From the NCBI GenBank assembly GCA_964616925.1, contig CAZTTD010000002.1, positions 810-64,809 on the forward strand: a stretch of 64,000 nucleotides of DNA, read 5' to 3'. The notes below the pieces were generated by a model that made no database searches, was not told where the DNA came from, and worked only from the letters and a program-made list of their open reading frames with translations. The stretch's first letter is position 1; every line of letters begins with the position of its first letter. A program made the translations under genes and the position numbers. Of this stretch, positions 56,011 to 64,000 are shown piece by piece. This stretch comes from an uncultured Actinomyces sp. GTDB lineage: Bacteria; Actinomycetota; Actinomycetes; Actinomycetales; Actinomycetaceae.

Positions 56011-56515
56011 GGTGTGGATAGTTTGGGTCCTCTCAAACTGTCCTCTCAAAACCACCTCGGAGATGTCTGCGCCCGAAAAGGCGCTCCGGCGGCAGTGCCC
56101 ATCGGAGTTTTGTGGTTTGCGCCACTTCAGGTATGGCAACGACTAACTTGAGACAGATGTTGGCGAATCAACTCACTGTTAGGGTGGATTTAGGCGTACC
56201 AAGTCGAAATTATGGGGACGCCGGGCAGGACTTGAGGGTACTTGGTCGGATTTGGCGACGTCAAAGTGGGTTTAAGCGTGCCAAGTCGGCTCTAAAGGAA
56301 CCAACACGACAATGGCGCGTTGAACACTGCGCGGCACGCAAAGATTGTCTTTTGGGGCCCGAAAACGTCCGCGAAACCAAAAGGTTGCCATTTCGTAACC
56401 AATAATCGGTCATGTTTGCTTGCAGTTATCGGTCACATTTGGTGTACTTGGGAGCGCGCCCATACGTATGGGGTTGTTCACAGGTGTCATTCCGACATAG
56501 TTGTACGGAGGAAAT

Positions 56516-57913
56516 ATGAAAGTAAGTAAGAAGCGCTTTGCCGGCATTGCGGGTGCAGCGGCGGCTACCGCCCTCATCCTCTCTGCGTGTGGCAGTGGCG
56601 GCGGAGAAATCGGGGGAGACTCCTCGAAGGACAAAGAAAGCGGAGACGGCGACGCGGCCGCTGCCGAAGGCTGTGAAGATTTTGAGCAGTACGGCAGCTT
56701 CCCCGGGACGTCAGTGACTCTGTTCTCCTCAATCCGTGACTCAGAGGCAGACGATCTACAGGCAACGTTCGACAAGTTCACTGAGTGCACGGGTATCGAT
56801 GTCCAGCACAACGGTGTTGGTGAGTTTGAGCAGCAGCTTGTTGTTCAGGTTGAGGGCAACAACGCTCCCGACTTGGCAATCATCCCGCAGCCGGGCCTTT
56901 TGAAGCGCATGGTTGACACGGGCGAAGTCAAGGAAGCTAACGAAGAAGTCAACAAGCTGGTTGATGAGGGTTGGTCACCAGAATGGAAGGAATACGGCAG
57001 CGTTGACGGCAAGTTCTACGCCGCACCGATGCTTGCTTCCGTGAAGTCCTTCGTGTGGTACTCACCGTCCGCATTCGCTGAGCACGGCTATGAGATTCCA
57101 GAAACCCTGGACGAAATGATGGCGTTGACCGCCCAGATTGCTGAGGACACAGCAGGCGAAGGTAACACTAAGCCATGGTGTGCAGGCATTGAGTCCGGTG
57201 GAGCTACGGGATGGCCGGCAACCGACTGGATCGAAGACTACGTGCTCCGCATCGCAGGGCCGGACGACTACGACAAGTGGGTTAGCCACGAGATTCCGTT
57301 CAACGATCCCGTGATCCTGGAGTCCGCTAACGGAGTTGGTGACATCCTGCTCAACAACGACTACGTCAACGGTGGTATCGGTGACTCCCGCTCCATCGCA
57401 ACGACCTCGTTCAACGACGGCGGGCTGCCCATCCTGGACAACCAGTGCTACATGTACCGCATGGCTTCCTTCTACGAAGCACAGTGGCCAGAAGGCACGA
57501 CCGTTGCACCAGACGGAGACGTATTCGCGTTCTACCTGCCAGCAGAGACCACTGATGAGCACCCGCTGCTCGTTGCTGGTGAGTTCGTGGCACGCTTCGC
57601 CGACAGCCCAGAGGCTGAGGCAGTTCAGGCCTACATGGCTTCCGGAACGTTCGCCAACACCCGCGTTGAGCTGGGTGGCGTGACCTCCGCGAACAAGTTC
57701 GTGGATCCGGCACTGGCATCGTCTGACATCCTTCGCCTTGCGATTGAACTGTTGCAGGATCCGAACTCTGTGGCTCGCTTCGACGGCTCCGACATGATGC
57801 CTTCTGAGGTTGGCGCCGGTTCGTTCTGGACCGCTACGACCCAGTGGATCGACGGTCAGATTGACACGGAGACGATGCTGACAAACATCCAGGATTCCTG
57901 GCCGACCAGCTGA
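56516..57913 (+). CDS. carbohydrate ABC transporter substrate-binding lipoprotein
   Basis: GGAGGA before the ATG at 56516. Lipobox LILSAC. Family-1 solute-binding pattern. Confidence 0.88.
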   Translation: MKVSKKRFAGIAGAAAATALILSACGSGGGEIGGDSSKDKESGDGDAAAAEGCEDFEQYGSFPGTSVTLFSSIRDSEADDLQATFDKFTECTGIDVQHNGVGEFEQQLVVQVEGNNAPDLAIIPQPGLLKRMVDTGEVKEANEEVNKLVDEGWSPEWKEYGSVDGKFYAAPMLASVKSFVWYSPSAFAEHGYEIPETLDEMMALTAQIAEDTAGEGNTKPWCAGIESGGATGWPATDWIEDYVLRIAGPDDYDKWVSHEIPFNDPVILESANGVGDILLNNDYVNGGIGDSRSIATTSFNDGGLPILDNQCYMYRMASFYEAQWPEGTTVAPDGDVFAFYLPAETTDEHPLLVAGEFVARFADSPEAEAVQAYMASGTFANTRVELGGVTSANKFVDPALASSDILRLAIELLQDPNSVARFDGSDMMPSEVGAGSFWTATTQWIDGQIDTETMLTNIQDSWPTS

Positions 57914-57938
57914 CACTGACAAGGTAAGTAACTAGAGC

Positions 57939-57968
57939 GAGGCGCAGGGCCTAGCGGCCCTGCGCCTC
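57939..57968 (+). promoter_or_regulatory. perfect 13-bp intercistronic stem-loop after the SBP gene (no U-tract)
   Basis: GAGGCGCAGGGCC-TAGC-GGCCCTGCGCCTC lies between the SBP and permease genes. It is probably an mRNA-stabilising or attenuating hairpin rather than a full terminator. Confidence 0.6.
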
Positions 57969-57987
57969 ACAAGCTTAGGAAAACACA

Positions 57988-58971
57988 GTGAACTGGCTAC
58001 TACACACCAAGATCGGCCAGATGGTCCTGGCACTGATCGCAATTGCTTTAATCATCGCTTTCCTGCTGGTCCTTGCCTCTTTGGCGGACCGCCTCAAAGG
58101 TAAGGGAAGGAACACGGCGTCGGTCATAGTCTTCGTGCTTCCCGCGTTCGCGCTCCTTACTATGGCGCTCATATGGCCGGCAGTGCTGACTACCTATAAC
58201 TCTTTCTTTGACCGCAACTCGAACAACTTTGTCGGTATCGACAACTATTTGTGGTTGTTCACGAATGCTGATTCGCAGCGCGCCTTCATCAATACAGCGA
58301 TCTGGGTGCTGCTAGTCCCGATCGTTTCGATCGGGGTCGGCCTGCTGTATGCGTTGCTGATTGATGGAAAGAAATTTGAGAAGGGCATGAAGTCTCTTTT
58401 GTTCATGCCCATGGCTATATCGTTCGTGGGTGCAGGCATCATTTGGCGCTTCATGTACGACTTCCGCGGCGCAGGACAGACTCAGAGAGGTCTTCTAAAC
58501 GCCATAATCGTCGGGTTTGGTGGGGAGCCGGTGCGGTTCCTGCAAGATAGCCCGCTCAACACTCTCTTCCTGATCGTTGTTCTGATCTGGGTCCAAGCAG
58601 GTTTCGCGATGGTGCTGATTTCTGCAGCGATCAAGGGGATCCCAATGGAACTCATTGAAGCAGCGAAACTGGATGGCACCAATGCTTGGCAGATGTTCTC
58701 CAAGATAACGGTTCCTACGATTCGCCCGACCCTTGTTGTTGTTTACACAACCATTACCATTGCGACCCTGAAGGTCTTCGACATCACGCAGACAATGACG
58801 GGTGCAAAGTTCCAAACACAGGTTCTGGCAAACCAGATGTACGACCAATCATTTACATTCGGCAACGCCGGCTTGGGTTCGTCGACGGCGGTCATCATCT
58901 TCGTCCTCGTCATCCCCATCGTGGTGTTCAACATTCGCCAGATGCTGAAGAATAAGGAGGTCCGCGGATGA
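57988..58971 (+). CDS. sugar ABC transporter permease (MalF/BPD type)
   Basis: Six TMs and an EAA-loop region (IEAAKLDGTNAWQMFSKITVP). Confidence 0.9.
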   Translation: MNWLLHTKIGQMVLALIAIALIIAFLLVLASLADRLKGKGRNTASVIVFVLPAFALLTMALIWPAVLTTYNSFFDRNSNNFVGIDNYLWLFTNADSQRAFINTAIWVLLVPIVSIGVGLLYALLIDGKKFEKGMKSLLFMPMAISFVGAGIIWRFMYDFRGAGQTQRGLLNAIIVGFGGEPVRFLQDSPLNTLFLIVVLIWVQAGFAMVLISAAIKGIPMELIEAAKLDGTNAWQMFSKITVPTIRPTLVVVYTTITIATLKVFDITQTMTGAKFQTQVLANQMYDQSFTFGNAGLGSSTAVIIFVLVIPIVVFNIRQMLKNKEVRG

Positions 58972-59909
58972 GTACCATCTCAGAAGTGATGCCCGACGAC
59001 GTAGCGGGCAAGCAGAAGAAGTCCTCCAAAAAAGAGCACGTTGGCGCTGTGACCCTTGCCAAGAAGTCGCTGAGCAACCGCTTCGCGTCCCTGGTGGCGG
59101 TGCTGATTGCGATCTTCTGGACCGTCCCCACCCTGGGGCTTCTGGTCACGTCATTCCGCCCAGAGGCTGAAATCAAGTCGACGGGGTGGTGGACGTTCTT
59201 CGCGAACCCCTCCGTGACCCTTTCTAACTACCAGCAGGTGCTGTTTGGTTCGTCCTCGCAAGGGAACCTGGTGAACTACTTCATCAACTCTCTGGTGATC
59301 ACCGTACCTGCGACCATCGCGCCGTTGGCCATTGCAACAATGGCCGCCTACGCCTTCTCATTTATGAAGTGGCGAGGGCGGGACTGGGTTTTCATCGTCG
59401 TTTTCGCGATGCAGATTGTCCCTCTCCAGATGGCTCTGATCCCGTTGCTCCGGATCTTCAGCTCTGCATTTGGGCGCGACTTCCCATTCATGTCTATTTG
59501 GGTCGCGCACACAGCGTTCGCGCTGCCACTGGCAATCTTCCTGCTCCACAATTTCATGGCGGAGATCCCCCATGAGTTGATTGAGGCAGCGGAGGTTGAC
59601 GGCGCCGGCAACGTAACCACGTTCACGCGGATTGTTCTACCGCTCATGGTTCCAGCGATTGCATCTTTCGCGATCTTCCAGTTCCTGTGGGTGTGGAACG
59701 ACCTGTTGGTTGGTCTAACCTTCTCCGGTGGTCAGGCGCTGACGGCTCCGCTTACGGCGCGGCTGCAGTCACTGGCCGGCTCCCGTGGTCAAGACTGGCA
59801 TCTGCTTACGGCCGGTGCCTTCATCTCCATGATTGTTCCGCTGACAGTGTTCTTCTCTTTGCAAAGATACTTTGTCCGTGGTCTAACGGCGGGGTCTGTA
59901 AAGGGGTAA
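58968..59909 (+). CDS. sugar ABC transporter permease (MalG type)
   Basis: EAA loop LIEAAEVDGAGNVTTFTRIVLP. ATGA overlap with the upstream permease. Confidence 0.9.
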   Translation: MSTISEVMPDDVAGKQKKSSKKEHVGAVTLAKKSLSNRFASLVAVLIAIFWTVPTLGLLVTSFRPEAEIKSTGWWTFFANPSVTLSNYQQVLFGSSSQGNLVNYFINSLVITVPATIAPLAIATMAAYAFSFMKWRGRDWVFIVVFAMQIVPLQMALIPLLRIFSSAFGRDFPFMSIWVAHTAFALPLAIFLLHNFMAEIPHELIEAAEVDGAGNVTTFTRIVLPLMVPAIASFAIFQFLWVWNDLLVGLTFSGGQALTAPLTARLQSLAGSRGQDWHLLTAGAFISMIVPLTVFFSLQRYFVRGLTAGSVKG

Positions 59910-59925
59910 CCCGCAACCAATTGAA

Positions 59926-59963
59926 GAATGCCGGTGTCCACTTTGAAGTGGTCACCGGCATTT
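59926..59963. terminator. bidirectional hairpin between convergent permease and tetR genes
   Basis: AATGCCGGTG / CACCGGCATT outer stem with an inner CCACT/AGTGG stem. Confidence 0.55.
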
Positions 59964-60005
59964 CTCAATCGCTGCCCGCCTGGAAAACTACCCAAACGGC
60001 AATGT

Positions 60006-60707
60006 CTAGTCTTCGCCCTGTTCTTGCGCAGCCTGCCGATCCAACACGGCACGCACGCCCTCTTCAATGTCTGGAGTTCGCACCAGGGTCCACCCAAGGT
60101 ACAGAGACTCTAGGCTCTCATTGAACAGCTCTTCCGCTTCCTCTGACTCCAGGGGGAGCGCCCCGGCGATCTCCAAGGCAATGAAGCCGTGGATTACAGC
60201 CCACAGTGCCGTCGCCATGTTCGCCGGGTCCAGATTGGAGCCGGGGAAATCCTCTGCGATTTGTTCACAAAGTGCTATGAGCGGCTGATAGATCTTCGCG
60301 GAGATGTTCTTTACCTCCGGGTTGATCCGGTCGGTAAGCGATCCGGGCCTGCGCGCTTCTTCCATGGCTTCGAATGTTCCGTGGAAGGTGCGCGGGTCAG
60401 CAACCGCGTGTGAGCGGTATGCCCGTGCAAATTCAAACAGGTTAGTGCGCGCATCAGCGGCATCATTTAGCGGATGCGACGCCATCTTGTCATCCAGGTC
60501 CCTAACGACACCTTCGGCCATCAGAGCTTCCTTGGATCCAAACAGCGTGTAGACCGCATTCGTGGATGTACCGACATTCTTCGTCAGCACGCGCAAAGAC
60601 ACGCCGTGGTAGCCATCCTTGGACAGCATCGATCGTGCTTCCTCAATCAGGCGCTCACGAAGCGCTTCGTCGTACATTCTGGGACGGCCCACAGTTGCCT
60701 CCTTCAT
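60006..60707 (-). CDS. TetR/AcrR family transcriptional regulator
   Basis: N-terminal HTH (GYHGVSLRVLTKNVGTSTNAVYTLFGSKEAL). Confidence 0.88.
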   Translation of the reverse strand: MKEATVGRPRMYDEALRERLIEEARSMLSKDGYHGVSLRVLTKNVGTSTNAVYTLFGSKEALMAEGVVRDLDDKMASHPLNDAADARTNLFEFARAYRSHAVADPRTFHGTFEAMEEARRPGSLTDRINPEVKNISAKIYQPLIALCEQIAEDFPGSNLDPANMATALWAVIHGFIALEIAGALPLESEEAEELFNESLESLYLGWTLVRTPDIEEGVRAVLDRQAAQEQGED

Positions 60708-60851
60708 GTTTAGTCGCGGCAGGAAACCCCACCGTAGTTATCGAACCTAACTAAACATTAACTATCATCAAAAGAAAACGGTGCGGACAGTGTCCTTTTG
60801 CTCATTAGTGCACACGCATCACACACGTTCGACAACTTCACGGTACAAGTT

Positions 60852-61868
60852 CTAGTACATAAATGTCCAGCTGGTGAAAGGGCGTTTCAGCTGCGGGAAG
60901 ACATCTAAGAACTCCCGCGCGGTTCTGGGCGCGGGCTCCCCCAGCGAAGCTGAGATCATACTCACGACATCACCTGTGGTAACGCCAAGTTCGCGGAGCT
61001 GCTTCAACGTGACCGCGCCGTCCCTCTTGGCAAGGCGGGAGCCCGTGGGTCCCAATACAAGCGGAACATGTCCATACGTGGGCTCCGAACAGCCCAGTTG
61101 AGCCGTCAAATAAGAGTGGACGGGCGCGGACGCCAACAGGTCATCTCCGCGGACGATCTGGTCCACACCCATGGCTACGTCGTCCACCACCACAGCCAGG
61201 TTGTACGCGTGTTCCCCGTCCCCTCTTTTTAGGACAACGGAGTCGACCGGTCCCGTGTATGGCCCGGAATACATGTCTTCTACGGTCCACTGGGGGATCG
61301 AGGGCGCAAGTCGCAACGCGGGCTTCAACCCGCGTGAGGCCATCTCTTCCCTCCTCCGCCCTCGTTCCGCATCACTCAAGTGCGCGCACGTCCCCGGGTA
61401 ACGGCCCGGCGGGGAATGGGCGGCGGAAGCGGCCTCCCGAATGTCCTTGCGGGAGCAGTAACACTCAAATACCAGCCCCTTGTGACGGAGTTCATCCAGG
61501 GCGGCGTCGTAGAGTTCCAGACGCTCACTCTGGGTGACGATTTCACCGTCCCAGTCGATTCCGATTTCTTCGAGGTCGCTGATCTGCCCCGAAGGGTCCC
61601 TTGCGCGGCCCCGGTCTAAGTCTTCAAGGCGTAGGTAGAAGTCGCGGCCGGTTGAGCGGGCCGCTGCCCACGCCAAAAGGGCCGTGCGCAGGTTGCCGAC
61701 GTGGAGATCCCCGGTGGGGGAGGGTGCGTATCGTCCGGCACCCATGAGGGCCTCCAATTCTTCGTTTCGAGGGCGTCGTGCGTCACGAAACCCCAGCTTG
61801 TCCACACTACGGACGCCCGGTTTTGGCGTGTAGGCATCTACTACATCTATTATCATCGGAGAAACCAT
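60852..61868 (-). CDS. gluQ: tRNA glutamyl-Q(34) synthetase
   Basis: GRYAPSPTGDLHVGNLRTALLAW (HIGH-type), RLEDLD and LAKRDG (KMSKS-like). No anticodon-binding domain. Confidence 0.88.
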   Translation of the reverse strand: MVSPMIIDVVDAYTPKPGVRSVDKLGFRDARRPRNEELEALMGAGRYAPSPTGDLHVGNLRTALLAWAAARSTGRDFYLRLEDLDRGRARDPSGQISDLEEIGIDWDGEIVTQSERLELYDAALDELRHKGLVFECYCSRKDIREAASAAHSPPGRYPGTCAHLSDAERGRRREEMASRGLKPALRLAPSIPQWTVEDMYSGPYTGPVDSVVLKRGDGEHAYNLAVVVDDVAMGVDQIVRGDDLLASAPVHSYLTAQLGCSEPTYGHVPLVLGPTGSRLAKRDGAVTLKQLRELGVTTGDVVSMISASLGEPAPRTAREFLDVFPQLKRPFTSWTFMY

Positions 61869-61950
61869 CTAGAGCAGCTGAGAGACCTGGCTCCGTGAAG
61901 CTGCAGCAACCAGCAAACGCAAGGTGCTACGGCCAGGACCGATGGAGGAA
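61865..61950 (+). promoter_or_regulatory. candidate SAM riboswitch (SAM-I clan, short SAM-IV or SAM-I/IV-like form) upstream of metNIQ
   Basis: GAGAGACCUGGCUCCGUGAAGCUGCAGCAACC-AGCAAACGCAA-GGUGCUACGGCCAGG aligns with the SAM-I core GAGGGACUGGCCCGAUGAAACCCGGCAACC-loop-GGUGCCAAUUCC. Possible P1: CCAUC (61865-9) with GAUGG (61941-5), overlapping the GGAGGA SD of metN. Confidence 0.45.
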
Positions 61951-61952
61951 AG

Positions 61953-62942
61953 TTGATTGAACTAGTGGACGTAGCGAAGGTCTACGACATACCTGGCGCC
62001 ACACCCGTGGTTGCCCTGGATGACGTAAACCTTTCTATTCCAGCGGGTGCCATCCACGGAATAGTGGGGCAGTCAGGCGCGGGTAAGTCCACGCTGATTC
62101 GGTGTTTGACGGCGTTGGAGCGGCCGACCTCGGGCAAAATCGTTGTCAACGGGATCGACATGACCGCGTTGGACGGGTCAGCATTGCGTTCTGCAAGGCG
62201 CAACATCGGCATGGTTTTCCAAGCGCCGAACCTCCTTGATTCACGTACCGCGGCGGCCAACGTTGCGTTCCCTCTGAAACTGGCAGGTGCCGATAAGAAG
62301 GAAGCCGCGCAGCGTGTGCAGGACCTGCTGACCGTGGTCGGCTTGGGGGACCGCGGTAAGTCCTACCCCGCCCAGTTGTCAGGCGGGCAGCAACAGCGTG
62401 TCGGGATTGCACGCGGCATGGCGACCAACCCGCCGGTGCTGCTGTGTGATGAGCCCACCTCCGCCCTCGACGCGAACTCCACAAAGCAGGTCATGAGTCT
62501 GCTGCAGAAGCTCCGGGATGAATCTGGCGTGACGGTCGTGATCATCACCCATGAGATGGAAGTGGTCCGTGACTACTGCGACTCCGTGACTTTGCTGCAG
62601 CACGGTCGGGTGGTGGAATCCGGCCCCATTGAAGAGGTCCTACAAACTCCAGACTCCGCGCTGTCAGAGGACCTGGTTCCGCGACCCAACATTGATGGGG
62701 TTGAGATACCTGCGGGTAGCGCCCTCTTAGACATATCCTTCACGTCGCATCCGGGCGTGCCCACGGGAGCGACAGTGTTGAACCTGGTCGCCTCCCTAGG
62801 GGCAGATGTTGCTGCCGGTCGTTTTGAATCGATAGGGCAGATCCAGGTGGGACGACTTGCGATCACGGTGCCGAAATACCATGCTCGGGCAATTCGCGGG
62901 CAGTTGGAACGAAATGCCATCCTTGTAAGGGAGTGGGTGTGA
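61953..62942 (+). CDS. metN: methionine ABC transporter ATP-binding protein (with C-terminal NIL domain)
   Basis: GQSGAGKST, LSGGQQQRVGIARG and LLCDEPTSALD motifs. TTG start. Confidence 0.92.
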   Translation: MIELVDVAKVYDIPGATPVVALDDVNLSIPAGAIHGIVGQSGAGKSTLIRCLTALERPTSGKIVVNGIDMTALDGSALRSARRNIGMVFQAPNLLDSRTAAANVAFPLKLAGADKKEAAQRVQDLLTVVGLGDRGKSYPAQLSGGQQQRVGIARGMATNPPVLLCDEPTSALDANSTKQVMSLLQKLRDESGVTVVIITHEMEVVRDYCDSVTLLQHGRVVESGPIEEVLQTPDSALSEDLVPRPNIDGVEIPAGSALLDISFTSHPGVPTGATVLNLVASLGADVAAGRFESIGQIQVGRLAITVPKYHARAIRGQLERNAILVREWV

Positions 62943-63649
62943 TGGGCGCATTTGTGAACCTGCTTGTCGCAGCCCCCGGTGGCCCCAGGTGGGGGGACAA
63001 CCCCGCCATTCAGCAGAAGTTTTGGCCCGCGGTTTGGGAGACCTTGCTGATGGTCGGCTGGTCGGGCGTCCTAACGGTTGCGTTGGGTCTGCCCCTTGGA
63101 TTGCTGCTGGCGTCCAGCTCCCGTCAGGGTCTGAAGCCACGACCGGCCTTGAACCAGGTGGTTGGCGTTGTCGTGAACGTGGTGCGTTCCTTCCCCTTCA
63201 TGATTTTGCTGATTGCCCTCTTCCCGTTCACGCGTCTTGTGGTTGGCACCGCCCTCGGATGGAAAGCCACCGTTGTGCCACTGGTGATTGGCGCGGTTCC
63301 GTTCTTCGCGCGTTTAGTGGAAACAAACGTGAACGCGGTCAGTCCTGGAAAGATTGAGGCAGCCCAGATGATGGGCGCCTCCAACACGACGATTGAGTGG
63401 ACCGTGCAGACACGGGAGGCACTTCCGTCCCTAGTCCAATCGGTGACCGTCCTGCTCATCACGTTGATCGGATACTCCGCGATGGCGGGGGCCGTTGGCG
63501 GTGGTGGACTTGGCGCGCTTGCAATCAACTACGGCTACAACCAATGGCAGGATGATGTGATGATCCTTACGGTGATTGCGATCATCGTTATTGTGCAACT
63601 GATCCAAATGGTGGGCGACATGATTAGCCGGTTGGTGGATCACCGCTGA
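62942..63649 (+). CDS. metI: methionine ABC transporter permease
   Basis: Five-TM MetI pattern with IEAAQMMGAS (EAA loop). The ATG at 62942 overlaps the metN stop; GTG 62933 is an alternative start. Confidence 0.9.
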   Translation: MGAFVNLLVAAPGGPRWGDNPAIQQKFWPAVWETLLMVGWSGVLTVALGLPLGLLLASSSRQGLKPRPALNQVVGVVVNVVRSFPFMILLIALFPFTRLVVGTALGWKATVVPLVIGAVPFFARLVETNVNAVSPGKIEAAQMMGASNTTIEWTVQTREALPSLVQSVTVLLITLIGYSAMAGAVGGGGLGALAINYGYNQWQDDVMILTVIAIIVIVQLIQMVGDMISRLVDHR

Positions 63650-63815
63650 GGCGCCGCCAGCCGGAGTTACTTCCAAAACATGTACTCGGCACAATTGTCC
63701 CAATCTTTCGTTCCCGGATAATCCGGGCGAACCCGATACCCAACTGAATGCCCACATCCGGGCAAAACCCGCTTTCCTGGCACACCGGGAAAGCAAAACA
63801 AATGGAGGAAATCCC

Positions 63816-64000
63816 ATGCGTTCTATTCGTAACTTTGCCGCTATCGGTGCGGCAGCCGCCCTCGTACTGGCAGGCTGCTCATCAGGCGCCGGCGACAAGC
63901 AGTCCACGGAAGCAGAAATCAATGATGAGGCCACAGCGGAGGCGGAAAACTCCGACGTCCAGGTCCTCACCATTGGCGCTTCCCCCAGCCCGCACGGCAA
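63816..64000 (+). CDS. metQ: MetQ/NlpA family lipoprotein, N-terminal part (continues past window end)
   Basis: The ATG at 63816 follows GGAGGA. MRSIRNFAAIGAAAALVLAGCSS contains a lipobox. Operon context with metNI. Confidence 0.8.
   Translation, partial: MRSIRNFAAIGAAAALVLAGCSSGAGDKQSTEAEINDEATAEAENSDVQVLTIGASPSPHG

Noticed and set aside
60735-60753. TAGTTA-N7-TAACTA inverted repeat as the TetR operator
   Set aside because: It has only 6-bp arms in an AT-rich promoter region. It is plausible, but too weak to call from sequence alone.

Overview
This is a high-GC (about 60% by eye) actinobacterial chromosomal segment. Its gene content and synteny look Actinomycetales or Actinomycetaceae-like: ino1-padR, pntAB, pheA ... 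serS, then tRNA-Ser, tRNA-Ser and tRNA-Arg. I support about 50 CDS, mostly housekeeping or envelope functions. They include HrpA helicase, PntAB transhydrogenase, a thiamine-type ECF importer, PheA, SerS, GluQRS, MetNIQ and a sugar ABC importer. I also support 3 tRNAs, a clear TPP riboswitch, a candidate short SAM-I-clan riboswitch and several intrinsic terminators.

Five things stand out:
1. The 8-mer CGAGGGCG/CGCCCTCG occurs about 85 times in 64 kb, against about 5-6 expected from base composition.
2. Five unusually large non-coding gaps (0.7-1.45 kb) are packed with several repeat families. One family is bounded by GGC(T/G)CTT... terminal inverted repeats, and two of its three copies are flanked by 8-bp target-site duplications, so it looks like a MITE.
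3. A block next to tRNA-Ser(GCU) contains odd domain architectures: a PGDYG-like protein, a TM-Rossmann-RyR protein, a PASTA-NPCBM protein and a vWA-SGNH protein.
4. An orphan FtsX-like permease ends in an ABC-ATPase tail remnant and is preceded by a tightly coupled 55-codon ORF.
5. A perfectly 10-bp-phased decamer array lies upstream of serS.

I found no CRISPR array, rRNA, transposase, integrase or recognisable defence system. All coordinates and counts were made by eye, without tools. Repeat boundaries may be off by a few nt, and start codons are best guesses.
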